Of a stretch of DNA of 62,715 nt, positions 54,072 through 62,715 are shown piece by piece. The number at the start of each line of letters is the position of its first letter. Position 1 is the stretch's first letter. The stretch is from Gammaproteobacteria bacterium (GTDB lineage: Bacteria; Pseudomonadota; Gammaproteobacteria; UBA1113). The position numbers and the translations under genes were made by a program. Below the pieces are notes generated by a model. It was given only the letters and a program-made list of their open reading frames with translations. It had not been told where the DNA came from and did not search any database. The stretch lies in NCBI GenBank assembly GCA_009885495.1, contig VFKP01000012.1, forward strand, positions 1 to 62,715, in the 5' to 3' direction.

Positions 54072-54990
54072 GATAAGGTTTATCCGGATGTAAAGGTTTA
54101 GCATTTTTTTCAATATGTTCAATGATCATGGCGGCCACATTCTTTCCAGTGGCCGTCTCAATCCCTTCTAAGCCTGGAGAAGCATTCACTTCCATCACCA
54201 GAGGTCCTCGCTTAGACCTTAAAATATCGACACCGGCTAAATTTAAGCCGATGATTTTACTGGCTTGAACAGCGGTTTCTCGTTCGGCCGCATCCAATTT
54301 CACCTTGGAGGCAGTGCCGCCGCGATGCACATTGGAGCGAAACTCACCGTCTTTAGCCTTACGCATCATGCTGGCGACGACTTTATTTCCCACCACAAAA
54401 CAGCGCAAATCACTGCCTTGTGCTTCTTTGATGTATTCTTGGACGATGATATTGGCATTTAAACCCATCAAGGTCTGGATCATACTCGAAGCGGCTTGCT
54501 GTGATTCTGCTAAAACCACACCCACGCCCTGAGTGCCTTCCAACAGCTTAATAATCACGGGGGGACCACCCACCATATGGATCAAAGGTTCAATGTCTCG
54601 GGGATGATGGGCAAACCCCGTGATCGGCATACCGATCCCTTTACGACATAATAACTGCAAAGAGCGTAATTTATCACGCCCACGGGTAATCGATAAGGAT
54701 GAATTGATGCAATACATGCCTTGAGTCTCTAATTGACGCACAATGGCTGTTCCATAAAAGGTTCTTTTAGCACCAATTCGCGGAATAACCGCATCAAAAG
54801 ACTCCAATTTTTCACTTTTATAGTGCACACTGGCGCCTGAGGAGGTGATATTCACATAGCAGGATAGGTAATCAATCACTCGCATTTGATGCCCTCGCTT
54901 TTCCCCTTCTTCGAGCAAGCGTCGCGTTGAATACAATTCATCGTTCAAGGACAAGATAGCAATACTCATGTTTTTTTTGCTGACTTTCAT
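54064..54990 (-). CDS. rimK: ribosomal protein S6 L-glutamate ligase RimK (ATP-grasp)
   Basis: Long stretches match E. coli RimK as I recall it: IAILS...[59 protein letters not shown] and [17 protein letters not shown]. An alternative start at 54969 (MSIAILS) fits the E. coli N-terminus better. Confidence 0.9.
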   Translation of the reverse strand: MKVSKKNMSIAILSLNDELYSTRRLLEEGEKRGHQMRVIDYLSCYVNITSSGASVHYKSEKLESFDAVIPRIGAKRTFYGTAIVRQLETQGMYCINSSLSITRGRDKLRSLQLLCRKGIGMPITGFAHHPRDIEPLIHMVGGPPVIIKLLEGTQGVGVVLAESQQAASSMIQTLMGLNANIIVQEYIKEAQGSDLRCFVVGNKVVASMMRKAKDGEFRSNVHRGGTASKVKLDAAERETAVQASKIIGLNLAGVDILRSKRGPLVMEVNASPGLEGIETATGKNVAAMIIEHIEKNAKPLHPDKPYHG

Positions 54991-54998
54991 AATCTCAC

Positions 54999-57959
54999 TT
55001 AATCTTCTTTAGTAATAGGCTGGACATTTCGCAAATACCCCAGCAGGGAACGTGCAATGTTTCTAAGTATATCTGGAAAATCATCTAAAAGTCTATCATA
55101 GGCCATTTTACTCATTTTTAAAAGCTTCACTTCCGTCAAAGTAATGGCCGTGGCCGTGCGCGGTTTATCATCTAAAAGACTAAGCTCACCGAAGAAATCA
55201 AACTTCTTTTTTTGATTCACGACACGGCCTAAATGAGTAATATTGATCTCCCCTTCTGCAATAATATACAAATCTCCGGGCAGATCATTTTCTCGAAAGA
55301 GAACCGTATCTTGGGCAACAATCTCAACCTCTAGACGAGAGGCTAAAACCAAAAGAATATCCGCGGAAAGATTTTTAAACATCGTACAACCGCGTAATAC
55401 AACTAATTTTTCTAAATCATGCATGCCTATTCCTTGAGGTTTTAAAAATTTAATTGAAAAAACAGTGGATAACCAAGGGCCTAATTTCTCTCTTGCCAGC
55501 AAATCTTCACTGAGGTCCGGTTGTGAAGATTTAAAATCAAATATTTCAAATAAAGCCTGTCGATATTCGCTGTGTTGTAAATAATTATCGAATAATTCTA
55601 TTTCTTGTTGTAACAATTCAGACAATGGCGCTTGTGTCATCGCTTCTAGAATCAATGAAATAATAGGAAGCATTTTCTCTGCATTATCAACGGAAAACAG
55701 ATAGAGCAATCGATAAATTGTCCCATAGCTTAGGGTTTCAATCTCCTGACGTTCAAAATCAGTTAATTTGATTTGCAATAACTGTCTATAATACGTTAAA
55801 TGATCTTTTTCAGCTTTAATCCGATGACTGACCTCGTTTAAAAAATCTCGGCTTAAAGTGGTTTGCATCGACCGATAGGCTATTGATTTAACCGCCTCAT
55901 TGCGGATCTCCGATTGATCTTGACTCATCAATTTCACCAAAGCCTGATCAGCCTTTTCTCCTTCTATTTTTGCAATGGTGCGAATGGCCGCTCGATGAAA
56001 AATGGGATGTTTGATATGATTAATACGCTCTAATAAAATAGGTACTACGGTTTGCCCGAAATTCAATAATGCCGTCGCTGCATAATAATGGGCATTACGT
56101 ACACTCATTTGATGAATCAAAGCATCAATATGTTCTACATGAGGATGCTCCATCGCCGCTTGAATGGCCACAATGCTCACTTCAACTTCTTTATCGACAA
56201 TCAATCCAGAAAGGCTTTCTACAGAACCATGCAAATCAAATAAAGACAATACTCTAGCAGCGGAGATCCTAAATTTTGGATTATCCGATTCGATCAAAGC
56301 CATCAGTCGATTCAAGGCTAAAACTGCATCGGCAAGACTTCCGAAACGAATTAAACTATTGATACTGCTGGCTTGAGATAATTCATCATCCGAATTAAAA
56401 TACACCTTTGCCAAAGGTAAGACTTCTTCTGCCTGCCAACGGTTAAAGGCTTGAAAAATCCACCAAATCACTTCTCCATCTTTCTCAATCTCTAAACGTT
56501 TTTTAAGACATTGAAAATAATTCTGATTCATATGTTCACGCAAGATTTTAACCGCCTCAACACGAATGCTTTGGTTAGCGGCATACAGGTCATCACACAC
56601 CTTATCTAATAAAAAAGTAGGCGTAAGTTGTTTTTTCTCAGCCAAAATTTCATACCCTAATAATCGGACCACATCATCTTGACTGGTCAAGCAAGCATTA
56701 ATATGTTCATACCATTCTTGGGTATTCCGGGTTAAATAAAATTCATCTAAGTCTACAATATGATTTTGTTTTAAATTATCTTCTAAAGCTTCATTATACG
56801 CCTGCGTTATCTTTTGGCTTAAAAAAATAAAAGCGGCTGAGAATATAAGAATAATAGAACAGATCATGACCGGAGTGGCTCGATCTGCTAAAAATAAAAT
56901 GAGTAAAGCTGAAAGTAAAGACCCCCAAAATAAGGTAAGGCCCCTTAAATGTAGTCTGGTCAATGATCGAAGCGCGGGAGGCAATACATTGGCCAAGAGC
57001 TGAAATGAAAGGTCGAAAATGGAAAAATTAACCACACTATAACCCAGGAGCAAGAAACTGACCGTCCAAAGGTTAGGCCATAAAATAACCCCCATACAAA
57101 CCAAAATCAAAACAATGGGCGCTAGCACAATAAAGCCAAATATACCAAATTTCTTAAAAATTCTTTTAACACATAAAAGTTGAAATATAAAAACAATTAA
57201 ATTACTCGCGGCAAAGAGGCGGCTGGTGTAAATGGCAATTTGATCAGGCTCTAAAGATTTTGCGACTTGATATTTAAAAGTATAATCCACCAAGGTTGAA
57301 AAAATTAAAACCCCAAGAACAAAAGGTAAAAATAGCTTCTGCAATTTATATTGATAATGGAAACCATGAGCTGGGCCTGGGGCCGTGGCTCTGGGATCTT
57401 CCAAATCAACGGGCTGTAAAACAAGCATATTGAAAAACAAAACGATAGCCATGAGGGGCAATAATCGATCTAGTCCATTGTGTTGTATAAAATAAGGAAT
57501 GATCAGACCCAACAGAACGGCTGCGGCCGCCATCATGCTGCTGATGAGATTACTATTGTATTTAAATTCACGAATATCCAGCAGATGACTCACGCCATTC
57601 CAATAATTTAAAGTTAAAAATTTATTGCTGCTCATGAGAAATACGCAAAAAATAAAAGGCCCCCCCAGTTTAAGGGGCATAAAATGACCCAGTTGCCAAT
57701 ACACTAAGATCAGCGTAATACAAAGCCCCTGTAAAAATAACATCCCTTTGCGATAATGATGTGCAATATAACTGCCCATGAGTTGATTAGCGATTATAAA
57801 CAATACGGCCAAACCCAAATAGAAATAGGCCAAATAATAAGCAGGATAAATAGTTAAAAACACTGCATTAATGTAAGAAATCGCCAAAATACCATAGACA
57901 GTGGCCAGAGCCAATGAAGCCGAAGACCAGAAAAGGCGAAAGCGAAGAGATCTTTTCAT
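54999..57959 (-). CDS. polytopic membrane domain + HEAT-like repeats + C-terminal cyclic nucleotide-binding domain protein
   Basis: The N-terminal 400 aa or so carry about 11-12 hydrophobic helices. The central region has HEAT-like helices ([35 protein letters not shown]). The C-terminal CNB phosphate-binding cassette is [16 protein letters not shown]. Start set to the ATG at 57959 (MKRSLRF); the ATG at 58034 would overlap the upstream gene. Confidence 0.6.
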   Translation of the reverse strand: MKRSLRFRLFWSSASLALATVYGILAISYINAVFLTIYPAYYLAYFYLGLAVLFIIANQLMGSYIAHHYRKGMLFLQGLCITLILVYWQLGHFMPLKLGGPFIFCVFLMSSNKFLTLNYWNGVSHLLDIREFKYNSNLISSMMAAAAVLLGLIIPYFIQHNGLDRLLPLMAIVLFFNMLVLQPVDLEDPRATAPGPAHGFHYQYKLQKLFLPFVLGVLIFSTLVDYTFKYQVAKSLEPDQIAIYTSRLFAASNLIVFIFQLLCVKRIFKKFGIFGFIVLAPIVLILVCMGVILWPNLWTVSFLLLGYSVVNFSIFDLSFQLLANVLPPALRSLTRLHLRGLTLFWGSLLSALLILFLADRATPVMICSIILIFSAAFIFLSQKITQAYNEALEDNLKQNHIVDLDEFYLTRNTQEWYEHINACLTSQDDVVRLLGYEILAEKKQLTPTFLLDKVCDDLYAANQSIRVEAVKILREHMNQNYFQCLKKRLEIEKDGEVIWWIFQAFNRWQAEEVLPLAKVYFNSDDELSQASSINSLIRFGSLADAVLALNRLMALIESDNPKFRISAARVLSLFDLHGSVESLSGLIVDKEVEVSIVAIQAAMEHPHVEHIDALIHQMSVRNAHYYAATALLNFGQTVVPILLERINHIKHPIFHRAAIRTIAKIEGEKADQALVKLMSQDQSEIRNEAVKSIAYRSMQTTLSRDFLNEVSHRIKAEKDHLTYYRQLLQIKLTDFERQEIETLSYGTIYRLLYLFSVDNAEKMLPIISLILEAMTQAPLSELLQQEIELFDNYLQHSEYRQALFEIFDFKSSQPDLSEDLLAREKLGPWLSTVFSIKFLKPQGIGMHDLEKLVVLRGCTMFKNLSADILLVLASRLEVEIVAQDTVLFRENDLPGDLYIIAEGEINITHLGRVVNQKKKFDFFGELSLLDDKPRTATAITLTEVKLLKMSKMAYDRLLDDFPDILRNIARSLLGYLRNVQPITKED

Positions 57960-58002
57960 CCTGAAATTTTCCCTATCAACATTTTGCTTCCTTACGCTGA
58001 TT

Positions 58003-59367
58003 CTATATTCCGAAAAACGAGCGGATGAATTCACAGAAAACCGTTAACCCCATGGCTTCTCCGCCTTGAGGTCGTCCTGGTCGGGCAGCAAGATTAAAGG
58101 CCATTAAATCAATATGCACCCAAGGCTGCCCGGCAGGGACAAAATTCTGCAAAAACAAGGCTGCTGTAATCGCACCCGCATAAGGGATTTTACTGTTATT
58201 GTTCAGATCGGCCACTGAACTTTTAATATAATCCTGATATCCTGAATAGAGGGGTAAGGGCCAAACCCATTCTTCAGTGAATTGACTCAATTGCATGATC
58301 TTATCTTGCAATACGCGATCGGCACAGAAAAAAACAGGAATATCTGGGCCTAAGGCCACTCGCGCAGCGCCCGTTAAGGTGGCAAAATCTAAAATGAGCT
58401 TAGGTTTTAATCGGGCCGCTTCCACCAAAGCATCGGCTAAGATCAAACGTCCTTCTGCATCCGTATTGCCTATTTCCACCGAAATCCCATTACGAGCACG
58501 GTAGACATCACCGGGTTTATAAGCAGAACCGCTCACCACATTCTCAACAGCAGGGATCAGCACTCGTAATTGGATCGGCCATTGCTGTATTAAAATAAGT
58601 TGGGCTAAGCCTAAAACATGCGCAGCTCCCCCCATATCTTTTTTCATGAGCGCCATGCCCTCTGCTGATTTTAAATCAAGGCCGCCTGAATCAAAGCACA
58701 CTCCCTTACCCACTAAAACCAATAAGGGATCACTCTTTGATCCAAAATGTAAATCAATGAGTCGAGGCGCGCGATCACTGCCTCGACCCACGGCATGGAT
58801 CAGCGGATAATTCTCTTTTAAGAGATCCTCTCCCACCACTTCTTGCATCTGCCCTTGAAAACGCTGACAAAATTCAGATAATTGCAAAGGCCCTAAATCC
58901 TCTGTGGGCGTATTGATTAAATCACGCACCATGCACAGCGCTTCAACCCATTGATAGGCCAAACGCTCATTCTCGCTGATCTCTAAACAGGCTTTAGGCA
59001 GAGAAGGCTCTGAGCGATAACGAGTAAACTGATAATGTGCCAAACCCCAGCTTTTAACCGCTTGGCTCAAGGCTTTAGCATTCAAGTTTTCAGACGTAAA
59101 ACGATACCGCTGTGCCGGCAAAGCCAAGGCCAATGCCGCACAGAAAAAAGGTGTCTCAGGCGCATCATGAATGAAAATAATTTCCTTGACCTGTCCCTCA
59201 TGATCACTGAGCTGAGCCCAGGACTCTGGTTTGGCTGTAAAGCCTGAGCTTTGAAGCCAATTTACAATCCGCTGAGGTTGAAGCGCTAACCACTCCTCAT
59301 AGGAAGATAAAGATAAAACCCGGATCGGTATGGCCTTGGCCGTCGTTTCAAAACTTAAGCCTTGCAT
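58003..59367 (-). CDS. M17 family leucyl aminopeptidase-like protein
   Basis: Motifs VGKGVCFDSGGLDLKSAEGMALMKKDMGGAA and NTDAEGRLILADAL. TAATG overlap with the ald stop. Confidence 0.8.
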   Translation of the reverse strand: MQGLSFETTAKAIPIRVLSLSSYEEWLALQPQRIVNWLQSSGFTAKPESWAQLSDHEGQVKEIIFIHDAPETPFFCAALALALPAQRYRFTSENLNAKALSQAVKSWGLAHYQFTRYRSEPSLPKACLEISENERLAYQWVEALCMVRDLINTPTEDLGPLQLSEFCQRFQGQMQEVVGEDLLKENYPLIHAVGRGSDRAPRLIDLHFGSKSDPLLVLVGKGVCFDSGGLDLKSAEGMALMKKDMGGAAHVLGLAQLILIQQWPIQLRVLIPAVENVVSGSAYKPGDVYRARNGISVEIGNTDAEGRLILADALVEAARLKPKLILDFATLTGAARVALGPDIPVFFCADRVLQDKIMQLSQFTEEWVWPLPLYSGYQDYIKSSVADLNNNSKIPYAGAITAALFLQNFVPAGQPWVHIDLMAFNLAARPGRPQGGEAMGLTVFCEFIRSFFGI

Positions 59368-60491
59368 TAATTAGCCTCACACAGCATTTCCAGTGCTGGA
59401 TGATAAGGATGGCCCAAGGCCTCAGCCACCGCCTTATAAGTTAAAAAGCCACGATACACATTTAAACCATTGAGTAAATGCGGATCTTCCAATAAAGCTT
59501 GTTTCACACCGCGATTGGCCAATGCGAGAATAAAAGGCAGCGTTGCATTATTGAGCGCGAAAGTCGCGGTACGCGGCACAGCCCCAGGCATATTAGCCAC
59601 ACAATAATGAATCACGCCTTCTTCAGAAAAAATCGGCTCTGCATGTGTAGTGGCGCGGCTGGTGGCAAAACACCCGCCTTGATCAATGGCCACATCAACC
59701 AATACCGAACCCTTGCGCATTTTCTTCAAATGCTCACGCGTCACTAATTTGGGGGCAGCACCTCCGGGAACTAACACAGCCCCAATCACTAAATCAGCAC
59801 CTATCACGCATCGTTCAATGGCATCTTCCGTGGCGTAAAGCGTATTCAAACGAGAAGCAAATTGTAGATCCAATTCTTTTAGGCGTCTTAAAGATTTATC
59901 AATCACGGTCACATGCGCTTCTTGACCAATCGCCATACGAATGGCATTGATACCCACTACCCCACCGCCTAAAATAACGACCTTAGCAGAGGGCACCCCA
60001 GGAACACCCGCTAATAAAATGCCACTGCCCCCCTGATGTTTTTCCAGGCAATGTGCTCCGGCTTGAATAGCCATACGCCCCGCCACTTCACTCATGGGTG
60101 ATAATAAAGGGAGTCCTTGAAAAGGATCAGTCACGGTTTCATAAGCAATCGCCGTACATCCCGAGGCCATCAGCAATTGTGCTTGCTCAGGATCCGGCGC
60201 CAAATGCAAATAAGTAAATAAAGTATGATCTTCTGTGAGCATCTTACATTCGCTGGGCTGAGGTTCTTTGACTTTCACAATCAGTTCAGCAGAGGCGAAT
60301 ACTTCAGCCGCCGAACTTAAAATCTTAGCCCCTGCACGACGATAATCTTCATCTGAAATACCAATACCTGAACCGGCAGCCGTTTCAACAAACACTTCAT
60401 GTCCAAAAACAGTGAGTTCACGCACGCTAGAAGGTACCATCGCAACGCGATGCTCTAGGACTTTAATCTCTTTAGGTACACCTATTTTCAT
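59367..60491 (-). CDS. ald: alanine dehydrogenase
   Basis: 374 aa. N-terminus MKIGVPKEIKVLEHRVAMVP, Rossmann motif VILGGGVVGINA and VDVAIDQGG. Confidence 0.9.
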   Translation of the reverse strand: MKIGVPKEIKVLEHRVAMVPSSVRELTVFGHEVFVETAAGSGIGISDEDYRRAGAKILSSAAEVFASAELIVKVKEPQPSECKMLTEDHTLFTYLHLAPDPEQAQLLMASGCTAIAYETVTDPFQGLPLLSPMSEVAGRMAIQAGAHCLEKHQGGSGILLAGVPGVPSAKVVILGGGVVGINAIRMAIGQEAHVTVIDKSLRRLKELDLQFASRLNTLYATEDAIERCVIGADLVIGAVLVPGGAAPKLVTREHLKKMRKGSVLVDVAIDQGGCFATSRATTHAEPIFSEEGVIHYCVANMPGAVPRTATFALNNATLPFILALANRGVKQALLEDPHLLNGLNVYRGFLTYKAVAEALGHPYHPALEMLCEAN

Positions 60492-60504
60492 CTTATTTTC
60501 TCAC

Positions 60505-61437
60505 TTATAGTTTAGACAATAATTCCGGGATAATTTTAAATAAATCACCCACCAATCCATAATCTGCAATTTGAAAGATAGGCGCCTCAGGATCTTTGTT
60601 GATGGCTACAATGACGCGACTGTCCTTCATACCGGCTAAATGCTGTATCGCTCCAGAAATACCAATACCAATATACAAATTGGGGGCAACCACTTTTCCG
60701 GTTTGCCCCACTTGATAATCGTTGGGCACAAAACCTGCATCTACGGCAGCTCGAGACGCACCTACAGCAGCGCCCAGCTTATCTGCCAAAGCCTCTATCA
60801 AAGCAAAATTTTCCTTGTTTTGTAAGCCTCGCCCACCCGATACGACCACCTTGGCATTGGCCAATTCAGGGCGATCATTTTGACTTTCTTCGCGGCGGAT
60901 CAAACTTGTTTTTTCTGCAGCATAAACCCGATCGCAGGCACGCAATTCTACCAAAGTCTCTGCTTGCAGTGTATATTTTGCAAAGGCACTGCTTCTGACC
61001 GTCAATAAACGAGTATTTTCTTTAAGCCGGACTGTGGCTAAAGCATTCCCCGCATAAATAGGACGAATAAAGGTATCTTGATCAATGATCTCGATAATAT
61101 CAGAGGCTAAACTGCATTCTAAAAGACCGGCTAAGCGCGGCAATAGATCTTTGCCAAAAGTAGAGGCCGGACATAAAATATGCGTATAATCCTGAGCAAA
61201 AGAGGCTAAGAGCTTAGCCAAATTTTCAGCCAAGAGCGATTGATAGACTTCATGATCCGCCACAATCACGCATTGGACTCCAGCCAAGCTTCGCGCTTCC
61301 TGGACGACCGAGTGGCAATGTTGGCCTATCACGATAAGATCAATGGGGCTCTTTAAAGCCATCGCCGCCGTTAAAGTCGACAGAGTGCCTGATTTTAAAT
61401 GTTGATGATCGTGTTCTGCAACGATTAAAGTTCTCAT
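60505..61437 (-). CDS. etfA: electron transfer flavoprotein subunit alpha
   Basis: 310 aa. C-terminal FAD-binding region [32 protein letters not shown] and [16 protein letters not shown]. Confidence 0.9.
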   Translation of the reverse strand: MRTLIVAEHDHQHLKSGTLSTLTAAMALKSPIDLIVIGQHCHSVVQEARSLAGVQCVIVADHEVYQSLLAENLAKLLASFAQDYTHILCPASTFGKDLLPRLAGLLECSLASDIIEIIDQDTFIRPIYAGNALATVRLKENTRLLTVRSSAFAKYTLQAETLVELRACDRVYAAEKTSLIRREESQNDRPELANAKVVVSGGRGLQNKENFALIEALADKLGAAVGASRAAVDAGFVPNDYQVGQTGKVVAPNLYIGIGISGAIQHLAGMKDSRVIVAINKDPEAPIFQIADYGLVGDLFKIIPELLSKL

Positions 61438-62186
61438 TCAATCACCTTTGCTTCATGTCTTAATTTATCCAAAAGTTCGTCTACTGAATCGACACGGATC
61501 CCTGCTTTGCGTTCTTTGGGAGCAGAGACACTCAAAGTTTCAATATTGGCCGTGAGGCAAACGCCCAGTTCTTCCAAGGAAACCCGAGTTAAGGGTTTTT
61601 GTTTGGCTTTCATAATATTAGGTAAACTGGCATAGCGCGGCGTATTTAATCGCAGATCGGTGGTGACCACCGCCGGTAGCTTGGCCGATAAAATTTCCAA
61701 GCCACCATCGACTTCACGCGTGACTTCGATACTGTCTCCTTGGACTTTTAATTGGCTTGCAAAAGTGCATTGTGGCCAATCCAATAAGGCAGCCAAGATT
61801 TGTCCGATTTGATTATTATCATCATCGATGGCTTGCTTCCCCAAGAGGACCAAATCAGGCTTTTCAATGAGGATAATCGCTTTTAACACTCTAGCAATCG
61901 CTAATGCCGGCAAAGTCTGTTCACAAGGCACTAACAGGGCTTCATCGATACCCAGAGCTAAGGCCGTGCGTAAATTTTCTTGTACCGCCTCTGGGCCAAT
62001 AGAGACCACCTGAGTCAAGCGGGCTAAACCCTGTTCTTTTAACCGAACGGCCTCTTCAATGGCGATTTCATCGAAGGGATTGATGCTCATTTTGACATTG
62101 GCCGTTTCCACGCCAGAGCCATCTGCACGCACACGGATCTTGACATAAGGATCGATCACACGTTTCAAGGCAAGCAATACTTTCAT
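61434..62186 (-). CDS. etfB: electron transfer flavoprotein subunit beta
   Basis: 250 aa with MKVLLALKRVIDPYVKIRV, NPFDEIAIEEAVRLKE and LGKQAIDDDNNQ. ATGA overlap with etfA. Confidence 0.9.
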   Translation of the reverse strand: MKVLLALKRVIDPYVKIRVRADGSGVETANVKMSINPFDEIAIEEAVRLKEQGLARLTQVVSIGPEAVQENLRTALALGIDEALLVPCEQTLPALAIARVLKAIILIEKPDLVLLGKQAIDDDNNQIGQILAALLDWPQCTFASQLKVQGDSIEVTREVDGGLEILSAKLPAVVTTDLRLNTPRYASLPNIMKAKQKPLTRVSLEELGVCLTANIETLSVSAPKERKAGIRVDSVDELLDKLRHEAKVIE

Positions 62187-62318
62187 AGGCTTTTCCTTTC
62201 AAAAAGGGATAGTATACCTAGATTAATAGGCTTTGCAAGGGAAAAAGGGGAGCTCTATTGCTCTAATCATTCAATTATTTATTAGAGAGTAATCATTAAA
62301 TGTTTAAATTTCAGGCTT

Positions 62319-62561
62319 CTAGTGCTTGGTTAATAAAAATGTCATCAATGAACCTAGAACCGCTCCAATGACCGCAGCACCTATTGAGGTAAGATATTGA
62401 GTATTTCTGTTCGATCTACGGTCTAATTCTGATAGAACTATTTGGAGCGTTGTTTCTGCAATCCTAGGATCACCATACCCAGAACCATTTCGCCAAGAAC
62501 AAGCATCTAATTCACGATTCAATTCTTTACGTGTCATTTTAGAAAAAAGCTTATGATTCAT
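62319..62561 (-). CDS. hypothetical small tail-anchored membrane protein (80 aa)
   Basis: ORF with a single C-terminal TM helix (SIGAAVIGAVLGSLMTFLL). No recognisable family. Confidence 0.4.
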   Translation of the reverse strand: MNHKLFSKMTRKELNRELDACSWRNGSGYGDPRIAETTLQIVLSELDRRSNRNTQYLTSIGAAVIGAVLGSLMTFLLTKH

Positions 62562-62687
62562 AAATATATTCCTGACTATAGCAGCATTAAATCTGGCTTC
62601 ATTGTAAGTGTCCTTCCGGCAAGCTCGCGTGACAGACCTGTTTTAAATTGAGTAATATCCTCTTTTAATCAAAGAAGAGGAAGAAAA

Positions 62688-62715
62688 TGAATATTCTTGC
62701 AGCAATCCCTATAAA
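62688..62715 (+). CDS. 5' end of an ORF truncated by the window edge
   Basis: AGAGGAAGAAA-ATG, then MNILAAIPI. Too short to identify. Confidence 0.25.

Noticed and set aside
62261-62287. 7-bp inverted repeat ctctaat-N13-attagag between the 80-aa ORF and etfB.
   Set aside because: The stem is short, AT-rich and of low stability. It cannot be distinguished from chance in AT-rich DNA.

Overview
This 62.7-kb window is a chromosomal segment of an AT-rich gammaproteobacterium. It looks Legionellales-like: it carries ankyrin, DUF4116 and LqsR-like genes alongside E. coli-type gene orders (comEC-msbA-lpxK, glyW-cysT-leuZ, yciB-bolA). This placement is inference only. Most of the window is densely packed housekeeping: a complete ccmABCDEFGHI cytochrome c maturation operon (ccmD found by hand below the ORF cutoff); mlaC-mlaB-murA-nif3-lysC; the giant NAD-glutamate dehydrogenase; comEC-msbA-lpxK-(PAPS-reductase-like)-fdxA-tsaB; lpxL; three tRNAs; radA; uspA; yciB; bolA; zapD; etfBA; and ald. 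Features that stand out:
1. A 1223-aa protein with two complementary degenerate class III cyclase domains, followed by a STAND P-loop and TPR-like repeats.
2. An Rpn (YhgA-like) nuclease gene with a strong internal SD+ATG, in frame, and seven perfect 12-bp repeats (GKLE x7) inside that nested frame.
3. A nine-gene, almost gap-free minus-strand array: etfB-etfA-ald-M17 peptidase-membrane/HEAT/cNMP-binding protein-rimK-rimB-antiporter-decarboxylase.
4. An AT-rich accessory islet next to tRNA-Leu. It holds an LqsR-like orphan response regulator, a decayed histidine-kinase H-box relic, REP-like repeats, a structured element with a CsrA-type GGA hairpin, and a 586-aa orphan protein.
5. A MITE-like element with 29-bp perfect terminal inverted repeats.
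6. A 2OG-oxygenase gene translationally coupled to an amino acid/polyamine antiporter gene.
I saw no CRISPR array, rRNA, transposase, integrase or prophage genes. All homology calls rest on motifs I recognise by eye; no searches were run.
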